Notes under the pieces: generated by a model
Seen by the model: the letters and a program-made list of their open reading frames with translations, nothing else
What the model was told of the DNA's origin: nothing
Database searches by the model: none
Assembly: GCF_009834535.1 (NCBI RefSeq)
Contig: NC_045698.1
Location: forward strand, 5,830,001 to 5,894,000
DNA: 64,000 nucleotides
From: Camelus ferus
Taxonomy: Eukaryota
Direction: 5' to 3'
Shown here: piece by piece, positions 39,001 through 52,616 of the stretch
Layout: each line of letters starts with the position of its first letter
How positions within the stretch are numbered: the first letter of the stretch is position 1
Program-made: the position numbers and the translations under genes

Positions 39001-41599
39001 TACACTTAGATTATTTTAGAACTTAAGCATTTCTTTTCAGTTGAAAGGCTTTATTGAAATCTGTTTTATCCTTGTATTAAAAAAAGGTGATTTTTAAGAA
39101 TTTAAAATATTGAGATGTCTAGTAAGTACAGAGTTCAAGCCTTCATGCAATCTACTTTATGCATGAAGAAATGGTTTTTCTACCTATGAATCACATATAC
39201 ATTTCACTGTTACCTGTCACCTTCATTTATACAATTTAGATCTTTATTAATATAATAAATCAACTGACATTAATTTCCATTTTTATTTTATATATTCCTT
39301 TAGAATTATGCAAGTATATACTTATACAGTTAAGGCTCCCAGTATAAACAATAATTTAAAGTTACAATTACTAAGAAAATTTCACACAAAAATTTTTTTG
39401 AGATATTTCTAAGTATATATATAACATTTACTCACTTTCTTTCCTGAAAGTTAGGAATAACAAAATATTATAATTACTTTGTATATGATAATGTGATCAA
39501 ATAAAGCTATTTTATAATTTAAACTAAAAAATCAGAAAATGTATCTGGATAGCTCCAAATTTCCCACAAGATTAATTAATTAATTGGCTTCTTCCACTCT
39601 GCTAACAGTTATTATCTTAAAGTTACCCAAGTCATCCACTAGAATATACACAAAAAAAGCTATTTCCAATATAAGTAAAGCCATGCTTTCATTTTTTTAA
39701 GTCTTTAAATATGATCAAGACCCTAAAGTGAGAGAGTGCTGAAGCTCCTTCCAGCTGATTCCAAATGAGTTTGGAACATTTAAGTTGCCTGACATCTTCG
39801 ACAACACGTAATTTTACCAAGTATTCTGTTTATTATATATGGGACACATATATAAAGAGGTAGGTTTACAAAATACATATGTATATGTGATACTATATAT
39901 TATCACACATTTCGTGCATATTATATGATAATATAAATCATATATATGAAAAGCAAGTAGGAATACAGTATACAAACAAATTTATATGCACGCAACTTTA
40001 AGTGAAAGTGTTTGTTATATATCCATCTGTTTACAAACTTCTAAATGCCGTTTAGAGGCAGAAGTGGTTGGCGACAAACAATGAAGTAATATATTTAAAT
40101 ATACATCAGCAGATGGATAATTTTGATAATAAATCCAGTCCAGAATAATTCATTGATGTAGCTTAAGTATTACTGCAACTAGTTTGCCGAGCTGATTTTT
40201 CATCTGTCATACCAACTTACATCACACTCCTTTTTACAGAGAGAAATTTCAACTAAAATATATTAATAAACACGTCCCTAGGTTATACTAGATGGTTCTC
40301 CGCTCCATTAAATGATGCACAATTTGCTGGTTGTGATCTTGAATTAATAATATTCAGTAGCATATAAAGTCTCTAACAGGTATCAACAGAAAACATCTAA
40401 TTTATAAAAATAATACAAGACAGCTTAGACCATTGGTATGTATCTCTTTCAATTATGTATGAGATGATAACACAAAATAATCTCATCCTGTAGCCCTGAA
40501 TATCCTTTCAACTTTGCAGTGGGATCCAAGCCGGCCTATCGAAAACGTGAGCAGAGGGTGAAGTCTGCCTTTGGCCCCTTCACTTACTTTTGACAAAAGG
40601 AGACGTGACTTAAAGAAAGCTGCCTGCTTTCACTCTGCCTTCTGAGGCCTGCGACACCCCATCTTCTGGGCCTGATTCCTGCCCTGAACTCTTCATTACA
40701 TTTGAATAGACATTCAAGGAGAGACGACTCCATGGGTGAGACAAGCTTGTTCTTCCTGGGCTACAAATTAGACCCAGACTCCACCATTTCAAAATAATGT
40801 TGACACTCTATTTTGTTTATGAAAATATGGGTGAACTTTGATTTTGTTCTATTTCTCCAAAAACAGCAGGAAACAGCTATACGTTAAATGTGTACGTACT
40901 TTCTGACGTGGCTGGTTGGTCGCGTCCCTGGTTCAGTCACTGTATTTATGATTCTCCTCTTCCCTCTTTCTTGTCAATACTCTAGTGCTTTATACCCACA
41001 GAGGCTGATGAAATCGGGACTCCTCCCGGCTCTTTCTATCAGAAGCTCTGTCATAAGGGAGGGAATGGGACTGTATCACCTGCGGGGGCAGTTCAAAGGG
41101 ATATGCTGGAGTGCGGGTGGACTTACAAAAGCACATTTCACCCAAGAAAAATCAATGTTCAGAACCTCTGTAACCTCCCTGTCCAGTGGGAAGAGAGTCC
41201 AGCTCCCACTCCCTCCACAAAGTTCCCTGGAGGCCTCAGTGTTTGTCAAAGAACCAACTCCAGACAGGTAGAATGATTCACACAACTCATTACTTACCTG
41301 AATCAACAGATCAAGCACTAAAGGACCTACCACTTGGGGCTGGCAGCGCCAGCCTCCACCTGTTTAACAGCCCTCACTCCTGCCTCTTCTGCAAACGGCT
41401 CTGTGTGAGATGAGGTCAGGAGGCACAGGTATCTGCGTTCACTGTTTTACACCAGCCTCACTATGATTTAACATAGGACAATTGCTAACAAATCTTCGTA
41501 TTTTCCTCCCATATTTATAATTTATTTTGACAATTCTGTTCCATGTTAATAATTAACTATACAGTATAGTACTCATCGTAGAGTGTAAATGTCCTGTAA

Positions 41600-42020
41600 T
41601 ATGTACATTTACCTTTATATTCTGAAATAATTTTGGATTTATAGAATATTTCCAAAAAGAGTACAGGATTCCTGGATATGCTTCACCCAGCTTCTCCTAA
41701 TGCTAATGTCTAACACAGTGCATTCATCACAACCGAGACATTAACATTGCTGCAGTACATGGGATTGTACAAACTGCTTCATTTCTGCCTTTTTTTAAAC
41801 ATAATATTATATCACAACACATTTTCATGTCAGTAAGTATAGAATCTACCTCACTCATTTTAAAAGCTTCAGAATGTGCCATCACAAGAATTAACTAAGC
41901 CTATTTAGACAATCTCCTATTAAAGGAAATTTAGGTTATTTTAAAACACTTATTACTATGGGTTGCAATGAACATCTTTGTATAAGTTATCGTAGGACAA
42001 GTAAAATTCTGAGTTAAAAG
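41600..42020 (-). mobile_element. Old L1M(E/C) 3' fragments
   Basis: ttcacccagcttctcctaatgctaat; aatctcctattaaaggaaatttaggttatttt...tgcaatgaacatctttgta. Confidence 0.6.
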
Positions 42021-42029
42021 TTAGGGTTA

Positions 42030-42579
42030 TGTGATGGCTAATTTTATGTATCAACTTGACAGGATCATGGGACACCCAGATATTTGGCTAAACATTATTT
42101 TTAGATCTGTCTATGAGAGTGTTTGCAGATGAAAATAGTGTCTGAATTGGTAGACCCAGTAAATCAGGCAGCACCCCTACCTGTCCCCCACGTGGGTGAG
42201 CTTCAGTCAGTCTACTGAGGACCAAAATTAACAAGAAGATGAAGGAAGGAAGGAAGGAGTGGGCACTTCCTGCCTGACTATGTGAGCTGGGACGTTGATC
42301 TACTTCTGCCTTTGGAGCTCCTGACTCTCAGGCCTTTAGATCCAGACTGGAATCTGTATCTTCAGTGCCCAGAGTTCTCAGGCCTTTGGACTAAAGCTGA
42401 GGTACACTGCTGGCTTTCCTGAGTCTCCAACTTGCAAATGGCGGGCCATGGGACTTCTTGGCCTCCATAATCACTTGAGCCAAATATTTATATGTCTTTA
42501 TATATGTATAATATGTTTATTTATATATGTAAATAATCTCCTATTAGTTCTGGTTCTCTAGAGAACCCTGACTAATAAA
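42030..42579 (+). mobile_element. MLT2 (ERVL) solo LTR
   Basis: Starts tgtgatggctaattttatgtatcaacttgac, ends ctattagttctggttctctagagaaccctgactaata, and carries the typical internal TA-rich tract. Confidence 0.92.
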
Positions 42580-43103
42580 AAGAATTATTCGTCACCAATC
42601 AAATACACAGATACACAACAGTGCCTGTTGCCATCCTTTCTAATGCATATTTTTTTCATTTTTCCCTCTTGATAAATACATTAAACAGAATTCCCTGCAC
42701 TTTTTGCCAGGCTTCCTCCTGCAAAGCTGTCTACAGACCTGACAAAGCAGCATTCAGTGGCAGCAGTTTAATCTCTTTCAAATGAAAAGCTGCCTGCAAT
42801 AATCTCTTTCTTCTGATAATGTCAGGAGTTGTTCATATTCTTAAAATTCCTCTCAAAGCTTAAAATCAGTGTGCTTTTTTTATCCAAATACAAAAGCCTG
42901 TTCTATAAAAGAATACGATATATGTTTTCCCATGTGCGAAATTTTTTACGCTTTGGGCAAACTTTCCTCTCTTTAACCTTTATTCTAAAATAGACATTAG
43001 TGGTTAATTCCTTCCATGCTCCAAAAAATGATTATTTTTGGAAGATAGGTTTCTTAGAGTGAACATATGGAAATTCATAGATGTCTTGTTACAACAGGTA
43101 TCA

Positions 43104-43118
43104 TGACGTCAAGGGTCA
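43104..43118. promoter_or_regulatory. Palindromic CRE (TGACGTCA) followed by a nuclear-receptor half-site (AGGGTCA)
   Basis: Motif match only. Confidence 0.3.
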
Positions 43119-43599
43119 TAGCTTTCTTTATTCTGCTTCATATTTCCCTCTGTGATCAAAATAGCTCATGAAGTTCTTGTCTTATTATTTCAAGTTGGAG
43201 AACTCAGACTGTTCCCACTTTTATATTCTCCTGACTTCTGAAAATACCAGAATTCAGAGAAGGTTGTTGGTTATAATCTTGAGACTTTTAAAATGATTAC
43301 TAAGACTATGTTTTAGAACTAAGTATATATTTATAGGCAAACCTTAGCAAGAAGAAGGGTATATTTTTACTTTCCTGTATATTTTGTAACATAACAATGA
43401 TACTTATTTTTATCTGGGCTTTATCTTTATCTTTACATTTAAAATAGCTAGTTATTTTTATCAACTTGCATGTACCAAGAAGGTGGTAAGATCAGGTAAA
43501 AAAAGCAATGACTTTCCATTGTATCCTTGGGAATTGTATGATCTCCTTAAATATTAGATCATCTAAGTATCAACTGACTTTATTTGGCTTGTTTTACGT

Positions 43600-43716
43600 T
43601 GCCGTTGCTTGCAATTGGTGGGTAGAGCCCAGGGATGCTGGTAAACACAAGACAGGTCCCAGAACAAAGAACTGTCTGACCCAAATGTCAATAGAGCCCT
43701 GGCTGAGAAAACAGAG
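43600..43716 (+). mobile_element. MER20 (hAT-Charlie) partial
   Basis: gtgggtagagcccagggatgctggtaaaca...aacaaagaactgtctgacccaaatgtcaatagagccctggctgagaaa. Confidence 0.85.
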
Positions 43717-44071
43717 TTTTCACAAAACAATATTGAAGATGCTGACTGTACCTTTCATTTATAACCCACAGACTTTCCTGGAAACATGGCTTTTGACTGT
43801 GTGACAAAACTAACATGTATCAAATCCCCACTGAGCATCCTAAGAAGAAATGTGATGCAGAAAATACATGTTAGCTAAGTCTATACAAAGAAAACAATAA
43901 ACAAAGTTCAAAAAGCATGTTTCAACATAGATATGAGTGCTCTACACCCAGAAGCCACCTCAGGTAGTATTGCAGATATATAGACATCAAAATTTAACGT
44001 AACGCAGATATCTTAAAGGTAGATTGTGGATCATTATAGGAATTAACGTAGTCGTGGTGGTGAAATTATAA

Positions 44072-44345
44072 ACCCACTTTTTAGTCAAGTTGTTTGTTTT
44101 CTTATTGTTGAGTTTTAAGAATTCTTTGTATATTTTGGACATCAGTCTTTTTTAGACATGGCATTTGCAAATATTTTCCCTCAGTCTATGGCTTGTCTTT
44201 TCATTCTTTTGACAGTGTCTCTCACAGAGAAGAATTTTTTTAATTTTAATAAAGTCTGGCTTATCGGTTCTTTCTTTCATGGGTCATGCCTTTCATTTTG
44301 TATGTAAAAATTCATCATCAAACCCAAAGTCACCTAGAATTTCTC
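44072..44345 (-). mobile_element. L1M ORF2 3' fragment
   Basis: ttttcttattgttgagttttaagaattctttgtatattttgga...tttgcaaatattttccctcagtctatggcttgtcttttcattc. Confidence 0.9.
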
Positions 44346-44707
44346 CTTCCCCAGAGAGGCTGCCTCCAACCTGGAGTGATTTTCAGGCTGCAGTAGGTTG
44401 CACGTCCATCAGTGCTCACCTTAATGGCAGCCTTTGCTCAGATCTCTGCTTCCAACTGTGCTGTCTCAGTGCCTACAGGTTTGCATGCCCACGGTACTAT
44501 TTCTGTGTGCTCTTAATGCATCCAAAGTAAACTCCTAACTGTGCTGAACTGCCACGTCATCTCTGCAGGTACTGATAATTGTTCTCCTTGGTTTGCAAAG
44601 GTTTTGTTCCTGTGAGTCACGCTGATTTTAGTGTGAGGTTTTACAGAATGCAAAATTTGTCAAGAATAGTGTATGGTTTTATAACAGAAACATCTGCACA
44701 TAGTTTT

Positions 44708-44727
44708 GTGTGTGTGTGTGTGTGTGC
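44708..44727. repeat. (TG)n microsatellite
   Basis: Read directly. Confidence 0.9.
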
Positions 44728-47700
44728 ACGCGTACAAACACACAAGTATATTTACATATGTGCAAACAGATAAAAAGTAGCAATTAAAAACATTTTTAAT
44801 GTTTATTCCTGGCCTCCATATTTGTTTTCATGTTTCCAAGCTATTAAATTCCATAACAGAGTTTACTAAGCACTTCCATCCTTTTGGATACTGTAGTTAC
44901 ATTTATTTATTTCCTATCATAAATAAAATAATATGTACCTTCATATAAATGGTCATTTAATTCAACTGAGTAATTTTCTTAGGAAAAATCCAAAAGTAGG
45001 CTTATGTGTTAAAAGCATGAACTTCTTTATGGCTGTGACTGTCCATGGCTGTGTTATCTTTATAAAAGTTATGTGTCCGCAGCCTCCGTCATGGGTCTGT
45101 GTCATCTCCCATACCCTGTCTAAATGAAAGGCCGATTTCTGGACCCAAGGGGAAAGCAGATTAGCTAATCCTCACAGAAAGGAACTCAGGCAACAGCTAA
45201 CCAGTCTAAACACAATACAAAGTTTATTTTAAAGAAAACTTAGGTGGTCAAAGACTTACAAGGTTAAAACTTTTTAAAAAACCTTTCATTTCATTTTATT
45301 GTGATTATGATTTATTGTGATTACACATTTTACCACTGTAAACCTATTGAATAAGTATGATTATCATTACCATGAATTTTATTGTTACCTCAGTGGTAGT
45401 TGCAAAGGGAACAAGACATACAACAACATACTTCGAAGTTGCAGACATGGCTGAGGAGTGAAGCTTGTAAACTTCAAGGTTCTTCCCAAATAATGTGTAA
45501 AACCCACATTTCAAATTCAGTATGTTTTACTATTGATTATTATTATAGTATTGATACTATAATTACAACGGTAGTGGTATCCATCAATTTATATGTGTAT
45601 GAATTGCGCTTCTCCTAATTCCAAATAAGGTCTGAGGTGTCTTATTCCCAAATCTCATATACAAATACACTGTGGAACCCATTCCTTTCATTAAGAGCTA
45701 CATTATTGACACCATTTTACTAGAAATAAGTTACAAAATCCCAAGACAGTAGATCAAAAATATGGCTGAGAAACATATCCCAAGTTAATAACAAATTATT
45801 TTTCACACCTTCAACTAGAGAATATATTTTCTTCAGTTTCCTCTTCTATAAAACTGGAATGGTAATACCCAACTCACAGAGCTATTTTGAGAAATAAACA
45901 CATAAATTAAATGAGAACAATAACATTTCTTTGAGATGGGATGCATATGATTATTCTAATTTATGCCTCAATATAACTACAAATTACTACATATTAGGCA
46001 CCTTCAGGGGTGTTTGTAAACATTTTATATGGAAAATGCTGAATGTGTAAATGCCAAGGGCTATAAAGCAGTGTGAAATGTCACAATGTTTTCCATTAAG
46101 TAATGAAAAGCTACATGCCTGAATCAGTTAATTAGGATGTTTGACTACCTGTATGTCCCAAGCACAGTGGCACATGTTGAAGATACAGAGGAGGATATGA
46201 GTGAACTTGCTGTTGAGCGATGGAAGAAGGGCACAGTCATGGATGTTATCAAACAACACAGTAGAGCGGGGGATAAATACTAAGTGAGGAGCCCAAGCAG
46301 TAGCTGATGTGGAGAACATCCCCAGCGCTGGGAACACAGGTCTGACACGCACAGCACGGAGAAGGGGAGGGGAGCAGAGCAGCTTAGGCAGCCTGTGCAT
46401 TTCTCAAGGTATAAAGAGACACAATGATGTGAAAAAAAATACTGGGGGGGAGGTTTAAGAAGAAAAACATTGGCTGTGATGTTTAGGATGTGCTGAATGT
46501 GCCACAGTTAAAGGCAATGGAGCCCATTAGAAGATTAATGCACAACTCCCATAAATATGTATTATACATTTTAACTGTAAGTGCAATTAGATTATTTTAA
46601 ATAAAGGCACATAACCAATAAACAAATAGATACTAACTCCAAAATACCTATTTGCACTCATCATGTGTATCTTGCTAAAGACGCTCTAATTCATATCATC
46701 TGCTATGATGTGTAGATAATGTAATATTATTTTAATTAATGACTTGCTTTTAATTAAAATTATTCATTTTTAATTCATTCAAAAATTATATCATACACTG
46801 AGTTTAAAATACAAATGATAATTTTTCACATTTTAATTTGCTTTTAAAATAGATTCCATTAATTGATATCTACTGCTAGTATTACTAACCAAAGGACTTT
46901 TAAGTTGAAATATTAATAGGTGGTTATAACATTGATATTCTTGAAAAATGCATATTAAACTGATGGAATCTGATGTAAAGTTTACAATGATGTCTTTTGG
47001 GAAAAATTAATAGTAAGATGAAGGCACAAAAGGAATAGAGGGCCTTTGTACTCCAATCCAAATGTGCTTTCTGTAATCTACTAATTGCAACTGATTGATA
47101 TTAGTTTTAGCTTCTAATATGATGCAGATAATACAGCTCACGCTCTTGCTATGAACACCTCCCCTTAACCATGCTGCAGTCAGTTGATATCTTGGCTCCC
47201 CCATGGGCCTAAATCATTTCAGTCATAACCACAGCCTTACAACAAGCATTAAAATCTTTCTGGAAAGGCCAAGCTGGCCCCAGGATGAAGCTCCCCAAGG
47301 TAGGCAGCCTCAGCTATGACAAGTTTTATACTCAGGGACCAAAAGCAGGACAAAGAGGACACAGGGAATAAAAATGGCCCAACCTGAGCCCTTCACAGCT
47401 CAGGGATGTTGAAGTAATTTGCTGGGAGTGATGATTAGAAAACTGTGTCTACGTGCTCAAGGGGAAGAAAAGAACCACTGGTCTCTTCATTGAGGGAAAG
47501 CCTACCCCTTTGGTATTTTATGTTCTCTATTATGTAAAATAAAGGTAATTATAGGGTCCTCCAAGTCTATCGTCTCATAGTCTCTTTCCTTGGCTGTTCA
47601 AGGATAAAAATGAATTATTCCTTTGCCTGTCTCATGTTTCATTAAGAGAAACCATTCCATGAACAAGAGTTTAATGGGCAGGACTAGAAAACACAGGAGT

Positions 47701-48513
47701 CAACAGTTTCATCTGCAAAATGCACAAAGTGTCAAGTAATAGATCTTAATTTTTACACAAAATTTAATGTGCCGCCAAACATAAGTATATCAGCAGGATT
47801 CTATTGCATTTTGAAGGCCAAAAGAAGACACATACACAAATACCCCAACAGCGGGTACACTTCTATATGTATTCAAGTATTCAAAAATAAAAAGTTTCAT
47901 GTTGTCCTAGAGTGAATGTTTATTACTCAGAAAAATGGCTCTCAGTCTTTATTTTTGATCACTATACTGAATTAAAATTACACTTCACATGACAACCAGC
48001 ACACACACATTCACAAAGAGAAACAGAGGTTTCAAGGACAGTTGTTACCATATATATATTTTGGTTTTACATACATATATATGTCTATATATATCTCTTA
48101 CCATCATATTTTTCATTCTATCTATTCTCTTCTCTTCTGTTCTATTATATCACATATTTTAAAATATTTTCCAATTCATTAAATTAATTATAGATCATGA
48201 ACCTCAACTTTCTGTTTGAAAATTGCTGAATTAAAGTACCTCTTAAGAATGTAAATCATTTCATTGGATTATGTTATGCAGAGATAAGAATTTATGAATA
48301 ATCTGCTCTATGGGTTCACCAGTCAAAATCTGACCATGTGTCCACAGAAGTCAGAAAACAAGACACAAACTCCCTTGGAGCGTAACCAGCAGGGCGAGAT
48401 TTCTAGACTATTGGAAATTCTGCTTTCACTTTGTTTGATTAATTTGTAGCTACTATTGCTTCAATTATGCAATAGCCTAGTAGGGACAAATAAAAGAGTT
48501 CGTATGTGTGCTT

Positions 48514-48515
<2 letters not shown>

Positions 48516-48545
<30 letters not shown>
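48516..48545. repeat. (GT)n microsatellite, about 15 units
   Basis: Read directly. Confidence 0.97.
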
Positions 48546-48547
<2 letters not shown>

Positions 48548-48754
48548 TGGAGAGAGGTGATTGGCCAAAGGTAGAGAAAGGGGCACATCTAGAAGTAACA
48601 GTACAGAGTCTTCCCACAAGATGTTCCTGTGGAGCAAATGAAGCTTTGACATCAGAGCCCTTGACTTCATGAGCTCCTATAAGACCCTGGGAACAGATCT
48701 TGCAATTTTTATTCATAATTTGGTATGAATGAAAATATTCTAAAAAATAAATTG

Positions 48755-49892
48755 TACAATACTAAAGGCATAATTCATGAAAGAAATTATTGATAAGCTG
48801 AAGCTCATTAAAATTAAAAACTTTTGCTCTGTAAAGCTAATGTTAAGAAAATGAGAAGACAAGCCAGGAGAAAATATTAGACAAAGACACATCTGATAAA
48901 GGACTGTTATCTAAAATACACAAAGAATTCTTAAAACTCAACAATAAGAAAACAATCTGATTTTAAAATGAGGAAAAAAGACTTGAACAGACACCTCTCA
49001 AATGAAGATATACAGATGGCAAGATATACAGATATACACAGATATGTCATTAGGAAATTGCAAATTAAAACAATGAGATGCCACTACACAGCTATTAGAA
49101 TGGACAAAATCCAAAACACCAACAACACTAACTGTTGCTGAAGATATGAAGCAACAGGAAGTCTCATACTTTGCCAGTGGGAATGTACTCTGAAAGATAG
49201 TTTTGTCATTAAACGTCATTTGACCATACGATCCAGCAATTACAATCTCTGCTATTTTCCCAAATAAACTGAAAACTTATATACACATAAAAAATACACA
49301 CATATGCTTATAGCAATTTTATTCATAATTTCCAGAACTTAGAAGCAACCAAGATGTCCTTCAGTAGGTGAATGGATAAATAAACTGTGGTGCATCCAGA
49401 CAATAGAATATTATTCAATGCTAAAAAGAAATGTGCTATTAAATGAATATCACTAAGTGAAAGAAGCCAATCTGAAAAGGCTACATCCTGTATGATTCTA
49501 ACTCTATGACAGTCTCAAGAAGGCAAAGCTACAATGACACTACGAAGATTAGTGGTTGCCGGGGGTTGTGGAAGGGGAAGATGAACAGGCAGAGCACAGA
49601 GGATTTTCAGGGCAGTGAAAATACTCTGTGTGATACTATAAAGAATGTCTGTCATTACACATTTGTCCAAACCCACAGAATGGACACCAAGTGAACCTTG
49701 ATTTGCACTATGGACTTTGGGTGATGTACCAGTGTAGGTTCATGGATTGTAACAAATGTACCGCGCTGGTGCGGAATGTTGACAGTGAGGGAGGCCATGC
49801 ATTTGTGTGGGGAAGGGCCATGTGGGACTGTCTGACTTAACTTTGCTGTGAATCTAAAACTGCTCTAAATAATAAAATCTACCTTTAAAATA
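48755..49892 (+). mobile_element. L1MC1-like 3' portion
   Basis: ORF2 end plus L1MC-type 3' UTR gatgaacaggcagagcacagaggattttcagggcagtgaaaatactctg...tttgctgtgaatctaaaactgctctaaa. Confidence 0.9.
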
Positions 49893-51589
49893 AGCAAATT
49901 GCATAAGTTCATAAATTACAAACTTCAGTCCTCACAAAATCTAACTCAGTCCCTGATTACTAGAGGACAAACACTAAGACAGCACATGTTTCATAATTTA
50001 CCAGGTGAGTTAACACGTCAGTGTTTGGCCTTCTAGTGCATGTCAAGTAGTCCTGCAGCCACCCACCCTAAGCCCCAGGGCTTTGGTATTTGTTACCTTG
50101 TGATGTTGTTGGTACAAGCCCTTCTCATTCAGTGGCCCTATTATAATATGCTAATGTTATCATAATTAGTATTTTGATGTATCTAATTTCAATTTTTTCT
50201 TTCAACTTTTAGTAGTTGTAATGATGGCATACCTATAATGCTGTCTTGTTTTCTTCAATTAATGTTATATCATGAGTATTTCTTCATAATCATCATTTAA
50301 TGGCATCAAAATAATCTGCTGTGTGAATGTGCATTATTTAATTAATAATTGTCTTGCTACTGAAAACTCAAGTTGGGAGCACTAGTTATTACTCAGTTAT
50401 AACTTTTAAAAAGTTCAATGGAAATATAAGACAATAGATTAATTTTGAGTTTACTCCAGAAACTGACTTCAACAATAAATGTATTTTAGGGTAAAGTCAA
50501 TTCTAAGTTAACGACAAGGCCCTTTAGATATTAAGAAACTTTTATTTATGCCATAATTTCACATTAAACTTTCAGCCCCTCTAAAGCAGGGTCAGAGCTG
50601 CCTCCTCCATCACCATACACCCAGGACCTGGCTTGATGCTTGGAACATATTAAGTTAAATAAAAAAGTCAAACATGATGAATGAATTCACTAAAGAAAGG
50701 TCACAATCTTTAGAGACTAAACCAAAGCCAATGCAAATAAATACTTAAGATATTGAGATGTTAAAATTATTAAATTCATTTTGAAGGAAGAAGGTATATT
50801 TTGTAAAGTGGGTGCATGTCAAAATACCCTCCTGACTGTTTATGGGATTCCTGCTGAATGACTAACGCTGTGTTACTCAGGCAGTGAGAGACCTGGTGGA
50901 GACCCTGCCTTTCTCTCTATACATGTACGTTTCTCCCATTATGCGGATGCTGTCTTCAGAGAATGTTTAATTAATAAAAGCACCAGCTTATTAACTCTAC
51001 CTTTTAAAACTTTGCCCTTTCAAGCAATAATTGCTCTGCAGTTACCTAATTTCCATATTAAGTTCCTTAACGAAATGTTAATCTTGTGGTCTAAATGACA
51101 TTATTAGAGGCTAACTGAATTAATGGGGTCCAGATACACGCAAATGCAGGAAAAATAAATTTTTTAATGGTGCCACTTTTTCCTACCAAATTTACAAAGG
51201 AAGATTTCAACTGTGTGAACCAGGAAGGCCAGGTTCTTCACACACTCCCTGATTTTCTTCTCTCCCCAACTAGTTAATGAATCCAGTGAGCCAGGTGATG
51301 AGTGAAGAGTTATGCTTACCTAAATTATTTAACCCCTACACTGCTCTGTGAGGTAAGTAAACCAATTTTATATATGACAAAACTGAAGCATCAAGAAGTT
51401 GTCATGGCTACAGACTTGCACAGCCCCACACACCATTTTATTCAGTTCTCAGAGTATGAGGAAGGAAAATAGGTGAACAGAGGATCGGGGAGTATGTAGA
51501 TTAACTGAACGTACAAGGCCTGTGACGGACAGGGCTAGAAATTACACAGGCCCACCTGCCCACGTAGCCCGTACCTGTGAAAATCATTT

Positions 51590-52400
51590 ACAAAATACTC
51601 AATCCAAAATAAGGCAGACAATGAGAAAACAGGGAGCAAAGAATAGATGTAGCAAATAGAAAACAAAACATAGTATGGTAGATTAAACATAATCAGATCA
51701 ATAATCACATTAAAATAAATGGTTTAAACACACCAAGTAGAAAGGCATAAATTGCTAGGGTTGGATTAAAAAGCAATACTCAAATATAAGCTGTTTACAA
51801 AAAGAAAAACCAAAAACCTCACAACTCACTTTAAATATAAAGGCAGCAATAGATTAAACTAAAGTGATCAATAAAAGGTACACAAGCTAACACTAATGAA
51901 AAGATTATTGCAGTGGCTCAGTTAATACCACATTTCAAGGTAAAACTGTGTGATTCCATTCATATGAAATGCAAACTAATCTAAAGTGTCAGAAAGCTGA
52001 TTAGTAGCTGTCTGGGTGCAGAGTTGGATGGATGGGTGACAGAGGTAGAAAGGGAGGGAGGAAAGAGTTGCAGTTGAGGATTTGAAATAAGGAAACAGTC
52101 ATTGTCATGATGGAGTTGATGGTTTCCCAGTGCATACCTGTGTCAAAACATACCGAACTGTCCACTTTATACAGAAGCAGTTTTCAGTGTGGCTGTTATA
52201 CCCCAATAAAACTACTTCAAAAAATGTGAATGTGAAAAACCAGCCTATCAAGTTTAGGGATATACAGTTACATAACAAACCAATGATGAAAAGTAAAGAA
52301 GTGAGAATGTTTGATTCAGAATAATTCATTGTTACATGTTTTTAAGTGCAGTTCTCTGCATTTCTGTAATATTTTACAATAGAAAATTTAAAATTAAAAA
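51590..52400 (+). mobile_element. Old L1M(E) fragments
   Basis: aataatcacattaaaataaatggtttaaacacacca; tgtgtgattccattcatatgaaat; atacctgtgtcaaaacataccgaactgtccactt. Confidence 0.7.
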
Positions 52401-52616
52401 AAGAAAACCATGCTACACTCAATCTTTCAATTCACTCCACACAAGAACATGTGATTATGAGGCAAAAACTTGATATAAAAAAGTTACAACTTTTATGATT
52501 ATTACACATAAAGTGCAATACATCAGTGAACTACATCTCTTAATAAGATGAGTAGGGCTCCCTCATTCATGTATGTAGGAATACTAGTCTACTTTTTTGT
52601 TTCAAATGTTCTTTTT

